NCBI GenBank assembly: GCA_016294165.1
Contig: JAEDCM010000005.1
Span: 68 to 64,067 of the forward strand
From: Anaeroplasmataceae bacterium
Lineage (GTDB): Bacteria > Bacillota_I > Bacilli_A > Acholeplasmatales > JAEDCM01
Direction: 5' to 3'
Length of the DNA stretch: 64,000 nt
Part shown: piece by piece, positions 1-9,072 of the stretch
Layout of the letters: each line of letters starts with the position of its first letter
Position numbering within the stretch: the first letter of the stretch is position 1
Translations under genes and position numbers: made by a program
Notes under the pieces: generated by a model
What the model was told of the DNA's origin: nothing
Databases searched by the model: none
The model's input: only the letters and a program-made list of their open reading frames with translations

Positions 1-1
1 A

Positions 2-20
2 AATCCACCAATGGTGGATT
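2..20 (-). terminator. Hairpin of a probable rbfA terminator, cut by the window edge
   Basis: Inverted repeat AATCCACC-AAT-GGTGGATT overlaps the rbfA stop codon. The T-tract expected downstream on the minus strand would lie outside the window. Confidence 0.3.
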
Positions 21-354
21 ATTTGATTTCTTTTAAAATACTTTCAATGCGATTACCATATTCTAAGGCCTCATCATATTTAAATACAAACTCAGGAACT
101 CTACGCATTTTTACACGCTTAGCCACCTCACACTTTAAATAACCTTTGGCATTGTTTAAAGCCTTTAAAGTGACCTTAGCACGTTCCTTATCACCCAAAA
201 CTGTAAAGTAGATATTTGCAATACCTAAATCAGTTGTTAATCTTACTTCAGTAATATTGATATATCCAATTTTAAGATCTCTTGTATCATTTAATAAAAT
301 AGTTGATAACTCACGTTGCATTTGTGAAGCTAATCTATCAGTATTAAGTGACAT
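19..354 (-). CDS. rbfA: Ribosome-binding factor A
   Basis: 111-aa ORF with RbfA-type sequence (LKIGYINITEVRLTTDLGIANIYF, RRVPEFVFKYDEALEYGNRIE). It follows infB by 1 nt, the conserved nusA-infB-rbfA order. Confidence 0.9.
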   Translation of the reverse strand: MSLNTDRLASQMQRELSTILLNDTRDLKIGYINITEVRLTTDLGIANIYFTVLGDKERAKVTLKALNNAKGYLKCEVAKRVKMRRVPEFVFKYDEALEYGNRIESILKEIK

Positions 355-355
355 A

Positions 356-2164
356 CTATCTCTCCTTTTCCTTCATGATAGAAGTTTCAAATACATCTAA
401 CTCCTTGATATCATTAAAGTTTTCAATTGTAATACCACATTCATATCCGGCTTTAACTTCCTTTGCATCATCCTTAAAACGCTTTAATGAAGCCATTTTA
501 CCTTCATAAATAACTATTCCATCACGAATAATACGAACTAATGAATTTCTTTCAATATGCCCATCAGTTACATAACATCCGGCAACTGTACCAACCTTAG
601 AAATCTTAAATACATTACGTACCTCAGCGCTACCTGTAACAATCTCTTCATAAACTGGATCAAGCATACCCTTCATCGCAGCTTCAATTTCCTCAAGAAC
701 CTTATAAATGATATTGTATAATCTGATTTCAACACCATGATTTAAAGCACTTTCACGAACTGACGCTGATGGACGAACATTAAATCCTATGATTATGGCA
801 TCACTTGCATTAGCTAAAGTAACATCCGTATCCGTAATAGCTCCTACGCTACCTCTAATAACATTAACTTTAATATCCTCAACGTTTAATTTTTCTAGTG
901 ATGCTTTTAAGGCCTCAACTGAACCTTGAGTATCACCTTTAATTATTAATTTAATTTCTCTCGTGTCTCCATCCTTGAATAGTCCTTCAAGAGTTGTGAC
1001 CTTTTGTGGCTTATTAAGCGCTTCTTTCTCACGATAAGCGCGCTCTTCAGCAACCTTTCGTGCTTCCTTAATATCAAAGACAGCCATAAATTTATCTCCA
1101 GCTTGTGGTACCTCTTCTAAACCTGTAATCTCCACAGCCATTGATGGACCTGCTTCATCATATTTTTTAAATGTATCATCAACCATTGTTTTAATTTTAC
1201 CAAAGGTATTTCCAATGATGATATTATCTCCAACCTTTAATGTACCATTAGCTACAATAACAGTTGCGGTAGGCCCTGTATTTTTATCAAGACGAGCCTC
1301 AATAACCGTACCTGTACCTAAACGATTTGGATTGGCCTTTAATTCTTCTACATCAGCTGTCAATTGAATCATTTCTAATAATTCATCAACACCAGTACCC
1401 TTCAATGCTGAGATTGGAACAAAAATCGTTTTTCCACCCCATGCCTCTGGAAGTAGGCCATAATTTGATAACTCTTGCATTACGCGATCAGGATTAGCAG
1501 TTGGCTTATCCATTTTATTAACAGCAACGATAATTGGACATCCAGCCGCCTTGGCATGAGCAATCGCCTCTTCAGTTTGTGGCATAACTCCATCATCAGC
1601 TGCAACAACTAATACAGTGATATCAGTAACCTTAGCTCCACGCGCACGCATTTCGGTAAATGCTGCATGACCTGGAGTATCAATAAATGTTATATATTCG
1701 CCATTTTTCTTTACCTGATAAGCTCCAATATGTTGAGTAATTCCACCAGCTTCTCCTGAAGCAACTCGCGTATGTCTAATTGTATCAAGTAATGTTGTTT
1801 TACCATGGTCAACATGTCCCATGATTGTAACAACTGGTGGACGCTTAACTAAGTTTTCTTCCTCATCATCATTAACAAACTCATCAAAACGAGTAATATC
1901 TGTTACAACCTCATCAACTAATTCAATTTCATAATCAAAAGCAATTTCCTCTAAAGTATCTCTACTTACTACTTGGTTCATGTTAGCCATTACTCCAAGT
2001 TTCATAAGCTTTTTGATAATTTCTGCAACAGGAATCTCAATAGCCTTTGCAAATTCAGAAATTGTCATATCCTTTGTGTAAACAGCTGTACCTTTTTTTA
2101 TGGTTTGTTGTTTTTTAGGAACGTTACTGATTCGTTCCTCCTTTTTCTTCATCTTTTTTGCCAT
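356..2164 (-). CDS. infB: Translation initiation factor IF-2 (short form)
   Basis: GTPase motifs [13 protein letters not shown] and NKMD, followed by IF-2 C-terminal domains. The ORF opens at GTG 2173, but ATG 2164 ([10 protein letters not shown]) follows an AAGGA Shine-Dalgarno, so the start is uncertain by 9 nt. Confidence 0.93.
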   Translation of the reverse strand: MAKKMKKKEERISNVPKKQQTIKKGTAVYTKDMTISEFAKAIEIPVAEIIKKLMKLGVMANMNQVVSRDTLEEIAFDYEIELVDEVVTDITRFDEFVNDDEEENLVKRPPVVTIMGHVDHGKTTLLDTIRHTRVASGEAGGITQHIGAYQVKKNGEYITFIDTPGHAAFTEMRARGAKVTDITVLVVAADDGVMPQTEEAIAHAKAAGCPIIVAVNKMDKPTANPDRVMQELSNYGLLPEAWGGKTIFVPISALKGTGVDELLEMIQLTADVEELKANPNRLGTGTVIEARLDKNTGPTATVIVANGTLKVGDNIIIGNTFGKIKTMVDDTFKKYDEAGPSMAVEITGLEEVPQAGDKFMAVFDIKEARKVAEERAYREKEALNKPQKVTTLEGLFKDGDTREIKLIIKGDTQGSVEALKASLEKLNVEDIKVNVIRGSVGAITDTDVTLANASDAIIIGFNVRPSASVRESALNHGVEIRLYNIIYKVLEEIEAAMKGMLDPVYEEIVTGSAEVRNVFKISKVGTVAGCYVTDGHIERNSLVRIIRDGIVIYEGKMASLKRFKDDAKEVKAGYECGITIENFNDIKELDVFETSIMKEKER

Positions 2165-2465
2165 AGCAATCACATCCTTTTTTCATAATACTAATAGCAA
2201 ATCCATTATCTAATATACCAACAACCATTCGGTTATCCTTCCCAATAGCCGCTGATAATTCGTATGATGTATATGTAGTACATACATCGACATTATAATA
2301 TTTTGCTTTATCTGTTACTCTTTTGAAGGTATTTTTACCAGCATCACTTGCTAGAAAAACAAGATAAACCCTTTTATTTCTTATGGCATCAACTACAAAG
2401 CTTTCGCCTGTAACAATCTTACGAGCCCTTGTGGCTAATCCAAGCATACTTAACACATTATCCAT
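2124..2465 (-). CDS. ylxQ: L7Ae/L30e-family RNA-binding protein YlxQ
   Basis: 113-aa ORF with L7Ae-like sequence ([39 protein letters not shown]). It sits between ylxR and infB as in Bacillus. Its 3' end overlaps the infB start by about 41 nt. Confidence 0.8.
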   Translation of the reverse strand: MDNVLSMLGLATRARKIVTGESFVVDAIRNKRVYLVFLASDAGKNTFKRVTDKAKYYNVDVCTTYTSYELSAAIGKDNRMVVGILDNGFAISIMKKGCDCYGKKDEEKGGTNQ

Positions 2466-2721
2466 TAATAAGTCCTAGCAATTCTTCAAAAATTTCATCA
2501 GGAATACTAACCTCTAATTTACGATCAAGAGCCTTAGTTTTTTTAGCTTTAAGAATAACTTCCTTATCTAAAGTAAGGTATGCACCACGTCCAGGCGCCT
2601 TACCAACTAAATCAACACTAACAATACCTTCTTTATTACGAACAATACGCACTAATTCTTTTTTTGGTCGTTGAACATTAGTAACTGCACATGTTCTCAT
2701 TGGTATTTTTTTTACCTTCAT
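2458..2721 (-). CDS. rnpM: YlxR/RnpM-family RNA-binding protein (DUF448)
   Basis: 87 aa with MRTCAVT ... GRGAYL, typical of YlxR. It lies directly downstream of nusA and overlaps ylxQ by 8 nt. Confidence 0.85.
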   Translation of the reverse strand: MKVKKIPMRTCAVTNVQRPKKELVRIVRNKEGIVSVDLVGKAPGRGAYLTLDKEVILKAKKTKALDRKLEVSIPDEIFEELLGLING

Positions 2722-2736
2722 ATTCCTTCACCTCAA

Positions 2737-3813
2737 TTAAAATGAAAGTCCTTCTTTTCTAGCATCTGAAGAAGATTTGATATCGATTTTCCATCCACAT
2801 GATTGAACAGCTAATCGAACATTTTGTCCTTGACGCCCAATCGCTAAGCTTAATTGATCATCTGGAACAATAACTAAAGATGTTTTATTTTTAACATCAA
2901 CATCGATTACCGCTTCGACATCAGCTGGTTGTAATGAGTTAGCAATTAATTCCTCAGGTGTAGAACTATAGCGATATAAATCAATTTTTTCACCATTTAA
3001 AGCATTAACGATTTCTTTAATTCTTGTTCCACCTTCACCAACACATGATCCGATAGCATCAACGTTAGCATCATTTGAATAAATTGCAATTTTTGTACGA
3101 TCGCCAGCATCTCTTGCAATACCTTTAATCTCAATAATTCCTTCAGCAATCTCAGGAATATAAGCCTCCATTAGTCTTGTAACTAGGTTCTTATCTGATC
3201 TAGAAACAAAAATTTTTGGACCTTTAGTTCCAGCTTCAACAGAAGCTAAATATACCTTAATTCGGCTTCCAACAACTAAATCATCATTAGCTAGAATCTC
3301 TCTTTGTGGTAGTAATGTTGTTGTGTTCATTCCTAAAGATAATGTTGCACCCTTTTCATTAATAGAGATAACTTCAGCTGTAATCATTTCATTTTCATAT
3401 TTTTTGAAATATTCATAAACATTTTCTTTTTCAACACTCTTTAATGATTGATTGAAAACTTGTTTTCCAGTTGATGTCGCAAAACGCCCAAAATCCTTAG
3501 TATTAACAACTTGCTCAACTAGGTCTCCTAATTTATATTTATTAGAAATTTTCTTAGCATCTGCTAATAAGATTTCTGAATATTCATGTTCTTTAGTCAT
3601 TGGATCACTATATTCAGAAACAACTAAGTGTTGTGAATATAATAAAATCTCATGCTTTTCAGGTCTGAATTCCACTCTAGCACTTACATTTGGGCACGCC
3701 TTTTGAAATGCTTTAATCATACCTTTTGCTGCTGCATCTAATGCTTGCTCTTGAGTTATTTTCTTTTCCTCTGCAATAACTTCAATTTGTTTAAAAAATT
3801 CCTTACTAATCAT
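2737..3813 (-). CDS. nusA: Transcription termination/antitermination factor NusA
   Basis: 358 aa with an N-terminal domain, an S1 domain and two KH domains (GIARDAGDRTKIAIYS, LAIGRQGQNVRLA). It lies between rimP and ylxR. Confidence 0.95.
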   Translation of the reverse strand: MISKEFFKQIEVIAEEKKITQEQALDAAAKGMIKAFQKACPNVSARVEFRPEKHEILLYSQHLVVSEYSDPMTKEHEYSEILLADAKKISNKYKLGDLVEQVVNTKDFGRFATSTGKQVFNQSLKSVEKENVYEYFKKYENEMITAEVISINEKGATLSLGMNTTTLLPQREILANDDLVVGSRIKVYLASVEAGTKGPKIFVSRSDKNLVTRLMEAYIPEIAEGIIEIKGIARDAGDRTKIAIYSNDANVDAIGSCVGEGGTRIKEIVNALNGEKIDLYRYSSTPEELIANSLQPADVEAVIDVDVKNKTSLVIVPDDQLSLAIGRQGQNVRLAVQSCGWKIDIKSSSDARKEGLSF

Positions 3814-3821
3814 ATTTCCTC

Positions 3822-4253
3822 CTAGAATTTAACGCTTAAACGGATTAAGCTAATATCTCCTTTTTTAATTTCATATTTTCTAATTCTACCTTTTTCATTA
3901 ACAGAAACAACAATTGTTTCATCTCTATTTTCTAATAAATACCCTAGGTATTCCTTATTAGCTTTTACAAAAACATATGAATCAATGTAATCATCTAGCT
4001 CATCAAATGATATTTCGTGCTCAGCGCCTCTTGAGCAAACCTCAAGCATATATTCCGTTGATGAAATATCATCATCGATTCTTTCGCTGATAAATTCATT
4101 TACCTCTGCTAGCTCTTCAACATCAATTCCTCCTGGCTTATCAACCGCAATTCGTAGTATCTTCATACCAAATTCATTAACGAAGTGTAGCTCATATAAT
4201 TTTAAACCACGACTTTCTAAAAAAGGCATTAGGATTTCTTTTATTTTTTCCAT
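3822..4253 (-). CDS. rimP: Ribosome maturation factor RimP
   Basis: RimP-like sequence (LESRGLKLYELHFVNEFGMKILRIAVDKPGGIDVEEL) upstream of nusA. ATG 4253 follows AAGGAG by 7 nt. The longer ORF-track start at 4304 would include a terminator-like hairpin. Confidence 0.85.
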   Translation of the reverse strand: MEKIKEILMPFLESRGLKLYELHFVNEFGMKILRIAVDKPGGIDVEELAEVNEFISERIDDDISSTEYMLEVCSRGAEHEISFDELDDYIDSYVFVKANKEYLGYLLENRDETIVVSVNEKGRIRKYEIKKGDISLIRLSVKF

Positions 4254-4275
4254 ATTGATGCTCCTTTTCGTATAA

Positions 4276-4308
4276 TAATTAAAATGAGTGAGAACTTTGC
4301 TCACTCAT
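4276..4308 (-). terminator. Leader hairpin plus short T-tract upstream of rimP-nusA-infB (candidate attenuator)
   Basis: On the minus strand, ATGAGTGAG-CAAAGTT-CTCACTCAT is followed by TTTTAATT. It sits between a good sigma-A-type promoter and the rimP Shine-Dalgarno. Confidence 0.45.
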
Positions 4309-4329
4309 CATCATCCATATACTAACAAT

Positions 4330-4358
4330 ATTATACATTATAATAATACAAATGTAAA
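4330..4358 (-). promoter_or_regulatory. Sigma-A-type promoter of the rimP-nusA-infB-rbfA operon
   Basis: Minus strand reads TTTACA-17 nt-TATAAT, just after the stop of the upstream HAD gene. Confidence 0.5.
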
Positions 4359-4361
4359 TAG

Positions 4362-5144
4362 TTAATTTTTATTTAACAAATAATCAATTGCTTTAGCTAT
4401 TCCATCATTTTTAATATCATCAGTTATAAAGCTACTTACGCTCTTAGCCAATGGGCTTGCATTACCCATCGCAATTGATAAATTTACATATTTTAACATC
4501 TCATAATCATTATTCCCATCGCCAATCGCGATAGTGTTTTCCCATTTACAATCTAAAATTTCTAGAGCTTTAATGATTCCCGTCTTTTTGCTTTGGTTTT
4601 GGCAAATAATATCCGCTCCAGCTTCACCCCATTTAAAGAACGCAAAGCATGGGAATTTCTCAATCATTTCATCAATTTCTTCATTTGATCCAAAAACCCA
4701 CGATTGATAAACATCTTCTTTGTAAATAAAATCCAAATCTGGATCTCCTAAAGTTATACAATATCTGTCAAAGCACTCTTGGACATAATCATTTATTAAT
4801 GTTACAGCCTCATTTTCAAACCCAACAAAACCCTGTGGAATATTTTTTTCTAATAAATACGTTTTCAATTCCTCAAGGTTATTTACATTCATAGGATTTT
4901 TATATATAATTTTTTCGTCATACATTATTACTTGACCATTAATTAGAATCTTTAAACGAAATAAATCTTTTATTTCATCTATTACGTTTATGGTTTTATA
5001 GGTGCGCCCCGTCGCTAAGGCAAGGATATAATCTTCATTTTTGCTTAATTCTTTAATTGCTGCAATTGCACTTTTAGGAATTTCAAGATGATCATTATCA
5101 AATAGCGTGCCATCTACATCAAAAAAAATGATTTTTTTATTCAT
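4362..5144 (-). CDS. Cof-type HAD-IIB family hydrolase/phosphatase
   Basis: 260 aa with an N-terminal FFDVDGTLFD (DxDGT) motif and a C-terminal GDGNNDYEM motif. Confidence 0.85.
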   Translation of the reverse strand: MNKKIIFFDVDGTLFDNDHLEIPKSAIAAIKELSKNEDYILALATGRTYKTINVIDEIKDLFRLKILINGQVIMYDEKIIYKNPMNVNNLEELKTYLLEKNIPQGFVGFENEAVTLINDYVQECFDRYCITLGDPDLDFIYKEDVYQSWVFGSNEEIDEMIEKFPCFAFFKWGEAGADIICQNQSKKTGIIKALEILDCKWENTIAIGDGNNDYEMLKYVNLSIAMGNASPLAKSVSSFITDDIKNDGIAKAIDYLLNKN

Positions 5145-5272
5145 TAGTTATCACCAGAATGATTTTAACATAAAAATAGTTTTTTTTGCAAATAAGATAG
5201 AATTTTTTAATAAAATAGGTTAAAATAGATTTAGATTATAACGATTCTAAAAATTAAAGAAAGGAGATTATT

Positions 5273-6946
5273 ATGCCTAATAAATTATTACAACCAAATG
5301 AAATTGGTATTTTTGCTTTGGGTGGATTAGGAGAAGTTGGAAAAAACATGTACATAATTGAATATGCTGATCAAATATTCATTATCGATTCAGGTATGCT
5401 TTTTCCAGATGAACACCTTTTAGGTATTGATTACGTTATTCCTGATTATCAATATTTAATTGACAATCAAGAAAAAATCGTTGGATTATTCATTACCCAT
5501 GGCCATGAGGACCATATTGGTGGAATTCCGTTCCTACTAAAAAAAGTAAAGATTCCTAAAATATATGCCGCAGGAGTAGCGGTTGATTTAATCGAAAATA
5601 AATTACAAGAACACAATTGTGGTAGCACAACAATTGTAGAATTTAAGAGCCATTATAAATTCCAATTTAAAAACGTTGAATTATCATTCATCAGACTTAA
5701 CCACTCAATTCCGGACAGCTTTGCATTTGTCTTTAAAACACCAGAAGGAAATATTGTCCATACTGGAGATTTCAAATTTGACTTCACACCAGTTGGACCA
5801 AGTGCCGAATATGATAAGCTAGCCCAAATTGGTTCAGAAGGTGTATTGTGCTTGTTAGCTGATAGCACTAATGCTCTTCTAGAAGGCTATACAATAAGCG
5901 AAAGCAAGGTTTATAATACAATGCGTGATTTATTTGATCACATTGAAGGGCGTATTTTAGTTGCGACCTTTGCTTCTAATATTTATCGTGTTCAACAGAT
6001 TGTTGATGCATCAATGCTATACAACCGTAAAGTCGCAGTGTTTGGCCGTTCTATGGAAAAAACAATTGAGATTGGGCAACAGGTTGGATACATTAAGGCT
6101 AAAAAAGGAACGTTCATCACTCCAGAAGAGATTCCCAATTATCCAGCTAATGAAATCACTATTTTATGTACTGGTTCACAAGGTGAACCATTAGCCGCAT
6201 TAAGTCGTATTGCTAATGGAACCCATCGTCAAATTAAACAAATTCCTGGTGATACAGTTATCTTCTCTAGCTCACCAATTCCAGGAAACAGCGAATTTGT
6301 AAATCGTACAATCAACCTATTATTTAAAAACGGAGCTAATGTTATTGTCAATTCTCCTCTTACTGATACTCATACATCAGGACATGCGGCCCAAGGTGAA
6401 TTAAAGTTGATGCAGGCATTAACTCGCCCAAAATATTTTATGCCAATTCATGGTGAACATCGTATGTTAGTAAGTCATGCTAATCTAGCTGTTGAATGTG
6501 GAGTTAAGGAAGCTAATACTTTTGTTTTAGATAACGGAAATGTTTTAGCCCTTACTAAGGATAGTGCGCGTATTGCTGGTAATGTTCCAGCCGGTGATGT
6601 TTACGTTGATGGAACTAATATCGGTGATATCGGCGGAATAACTATTAAAGAAAGACGCTTGTTAAGTGAAGAGGGTCTTCTAACTGTTATCGCTACTGTT
6701 AATACAAAAACAAACACTCTTGTTTTAGATCCAACTATCATTTCTCGCGGGTTTGTTTATATGAAAAATAGTGAAGATTTAACTAATAAAATTACAAATT
6801 TGACAAAAGAAATTGTCAATGTAGAATTAGAAAAGAATACTCCAATTACAGCTATTAAGCAAATAATTTTAGATAATGTTAATAAGCTAATAATTGAAGC
6901 AACCGATCGTAAACCATTAGTCTTCCCAATAATCATGGAAATCTAA
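5273..6946 (+). CDS. rnj: Ribonuclease J
   Basis: 557 aa with the metallo-beta-lactamase motif HGHEDHIGG, beta-CASP region and C-terminal domain. A strong Shine-Dalgarno AAAGGAG lies 7 nt before the ATG. Confidence 0.95.
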   Translation: MPNKLLQPNEIGIFALGGLGEVGKNMYIIEYADQIFIIDSGMLFPDEHLLGIDYVIPDYQYLIDNQEKIVGLFITHGHEDHIGGIPFLLKKVKIPKIYAAGVAVDLIENKLQEHNCGSTTIVEFKSHYKFQFKNVELSFIRLNHSIPDSFAFVFKTPEGNIVHTGDFKFDFTPVGPSAEYDKLAQIGSEGVLCLLADSTNALLEGYTISESKVYNTMRDLFDHIEGRILVATFASNIYRVQQIVDASMLYNRKVAVFGRSMEKTIEIGQQVGYIKAKKGTFITPEEIPNYPANEITILCTGSQGEPLAALSRIANGTHRQIKQIPGDTVIFSSSPIPGNSEFVNRTINLLFKNGANVIVNSPLTDTHTSGHAAQGELKLMQALTRPKYFMPIHGEHRMLVSHANLAVECGVKEANTFVLDNGNVLALTKDSARIAGNVPAGDVYVDGTNIGDIGGITIKERRLLSEEGLLTVIATVNTKTNTLVLDPTIISRGFVYMKNSEDLTNKITNLTKEIVNVELEKNTPITAIKQIILDNVNKLIIEATDRKPLVFPIIMEI

Positions 6947-7468
6947 TTCATCCTGTGACAGAATATTAAGGCCTCTGAAGGCCTTTTTTTCTTTTATAAA
7001 ATGCGTACATCCAAGAATCAATAAATCCACCTTAGGTATTTTTATATCTAGGCTAAATTTTGATTCTTCGATTTCCTTTATTTCCTTTGAAGCATCATAA
7101 GCCCATATTATATTCAATCTTTTTTGATAATAATTTGATTGTATCGTATATTTTGATGCCATTAGACCAATATTTTGATATTTTTTAGCATATTCAATTG
7201 TTTTATCAGTAATCCTTATCACCTTTGCATTTTGATAATCCTTAAGTGCGATACTTAAGGTATTGCAGGCAATTAATATATAGTCACATTTATCTAAATA
7301 ATCAATTAACTCAACTCCTCGATTATATAAGATTTTATGTTCCTTTTCTCCATATGGGAAAAAAGCTTTATCAAGCAAGACTGTATAATAAAAAAAGGGA
7401 AAACGTTTCTTGAAACTTAAATAAAAGCTTCTTCCACCTTCCCCTGAGTCAATAATACCGATGTTCAT
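6917..7468 (-). CDS. murI: Glutamate racemase-like protein (Asp/Glu racemase family), unusually short; possibly truncated
   Basis: MNIGIIDSGEGG, PYGEK, IACNT (first catalytic Cys motif) and LILGCTHF (second catalytic Cys motif). It is only about 183 aa against roughly 265 aa for typical MurI. ATG 7468 follows AAGGAG. The 3' end overlaps rnj by 30 nt. Confidence 0.55.
   Translation of the reverse strand: MNIGIIDSGEGGRSFYLSFKKRFPFFYYTVLLDKAFFPYGEKEHKILYNRGVELIDYLDKCDYILIACNTLSIALKDYQNAKVIRITDKTIEYAKKYQNIGLMASKYTIQSNYYQKRLNIIWAYDASKEIKEIEESKFSLDIKIPKVDLLILGCTHFIKEKKAFRGLNILSQDELDFHDYWED
6966..6992 (+). terminator. Rho-independent terminator of rnj
   Basis: AAGGCC-TCTGAA-GGCCTT followed by TTTTTTC on the plus strand, about 20 nt after the rnj stop. 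It lies inside the 3' coding part of the convergent murI-like ORF. Confidence 0.7.
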
Positions 7469-7472
7469 CAAA

Positions 7473-8336
7473 TCACTCCTTAGGAAAAATGAAACGTTTT
7501 TCTCCACTGACGATTTTTTTGAATTCAAAAAATACTTCTTTTGTTACAAAGGCATCAGTAAATGCATCATGCTTTTGTTCAAAATCATTTCCGGTATAAA
7601 TACGATAGGCATTGAATAATCCTAAATCATTTTTTAAATTAAAATAGTTCTTTTGAAGTTGTAATATATTAACTGTCGTCATTTTTAAAGGAAGAACGTT
7701 ATTATATTTATATGAATCCTTTAACGCTAATATATCATTTTTACCCCAAACAATCACAACTGGATGATATTTTTTTAAATATTCATCAAATTCATTATAA
7801 AACTCTTGATATGTTAATCCATTATCAAAAACGGTCTCATCAATTTTTAAAAATTCCTTAGTTCTTCTACTAAGTCTTTCAGTCAAAGTAGGTCTAATGT
7901 AATTGCTTTCCTTCGCAAGAGTATTTCCATACTTATCAGTAATCAAAAATCCTGCTTGAATAATTTCAGATTTAAAATTTGCTGGATTGTGTCCTGGCAT
8001 GGTCATCTCTAAGTCTAGAAACATGATATTTTCGAATCCTTTAAAAAGCTCTTTTATTCCTGATTTTATAATCTTAAGGTCATAAAAGAACTCTTCTCTA
8101 AAACGTAATTTACGCATGATAAAAATGAAATGCTCAACGGTATGTGCTTCCTTCTTATCAACGATTCTTACCTTATCACTATATTCGAAGGAAATCAAAG
8201 AACCCTTGAAAAGATATCTTTGAAATTTCTTTATTAAACTGTGTTGTAAATAAAAAAAGTATAGTCTTTTTCGATGTAAAATTGAAAAATATCTTTTTTC
8301 AAGATTTACGCTGTGAATTACTCCTGTTTTTCTCAT
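7473..8336 (-). CDS. DEDDh 3'-5' exonuclease (KapD/ERI-1-like) with an extra N-terminal domain of about 105 aa
   Basis: The C-terminal 180 aa carry exonuclease motifs: FLDLEMT (Exo I), VIVWGKNDILAL (Exo II) and HDAFTDAF (Exo III, H-x4-D). I do not recognise the N-terminal region. Confidence 0.7.
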   Translation of the reverse strand: MRKTGVIHSVNLEKRYFSILHRKRLYFFYLQHSLIKKFQRYLFKGSLISFEYSDKVRIVDKKEAHTVEHFIFIMRKLRFREEFFYDLKIIKSGIKELFKGFENIMFLDLEMTMPGHNPANFKSEIIQAGFLITDKYGNTLAKESNYIRPTLTERLSRRTKEFLKIDETVFDNGLTYQEFYNEFDEYLKKYHPVVIVWGKNDILALKDSYKYNNVLPLKMTTVNILQLQKNYFNLKNDLGLFNAYRIYTGNDFEQKHDAFTDAFVTKEVFFEFKKIVSGEKRFIFPKE

Positions 8337-8393
8337 TTTCTCACCTTTAATAATTCTATCATACTTATTTTATTTTTTAAAGACTTTAATGCA

Positions 8394-8431
8394 TAATAAA
8401 ATAGGATACTTGAAACCAAGCATCCTATTTA
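8394..8431 (-). terminator. Rho-independent terminator ending the ABC/surface-protein operon
   Basis: Minus strand reads AATAGGATGCTTG-GTTT-CAAGTATCCTATT followed by TTATTATG, a few nt after the lipoprotein stop. Confidence 0.6.
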
Positions 8432-8436
8432 TACGA

Positions 8437-9072
8437 TTAATTCATTAATTCTGATGGATCTAAAAACTCATTTTCAGAATACAAAATTACCACATCAATA
8501 TCAACCATATAATCATTTAATTTAAAAGAAATATGATAATTTAATAATTTTTTTCCATCAATTTCAACTGAGATAGAAACATTTTCAGCCGCAATATTTG
8601 TGTTAAAGAAGCCATTTTCATCCTTTAGCATTCCATTAAAATTTGTTTTTGAAACAGTTAATAATTCAAAATCGCTATATGATAAATTGTAGTTTCGAGA
8701 AATATTTGAATCAATACTTCCAGTGGTCCAAACTAAATCATTTCCCTCAATTACCCCAACCTCATTTGTGGTTTTATTATAATAACGATCAGTATTAGTA
8801 ATTTCAAACATTTCTTCACTTGGAAATTCTGCTAGTGTTTTTTTCATCACAGATTCCTTTAAATATCCATTAAATGAGTGTACTGTAGTCTTTTCTTCAC
8901 CAACAACGATTCCATTCTGTTTCATCGTAATACTTGATTCGTAACCATAATCAGTAACAGAATTATAAAATACATCGCGAATTTTATCAAAATTTTCTTT
9001 CTTGACATTTTTTGCAGAACCACATCCAACAAGAGGAAGGATTATTAACAATAATACTAGTAGCTTTTTCAT
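8437..9072 (-). CDS. Lipoprotein of unknown function
   Basis: 211 aa with signal peptide plus lipobox MKKLLVLLLIILPLVGC. The start shares TAATG with the stop of the giant upstream gene. Confidence 0.75.
   Translation of the reverse strand: MKKLLVLLLIILPLVGCGSAKNVKKENFDKIRDVFYNSVTDYGYESSITMKQNGIVVGEEKTTVHSFNGYLKESVMKKTLAEFPSEEMFEITNTDRYYNKTTNEVGVIEGNDLVWTTGSIDSNISRNYNLSYSDFELLTVSKTNFNGMLKDENGFFNTNIAAENVSISVEIDGKKLLNYHISFKLNDYMVDIDVVILYSENEFLDPSELMN

Noticed and set aside
4254-4304. ORF-track N-terminal extension of rimP.
   Set aside because: It consists of the leader hairpin sequence. The internal ATG 4253 has a consensus AAGGAG Shine-Dalgarno and matches the RimP family N terminus.
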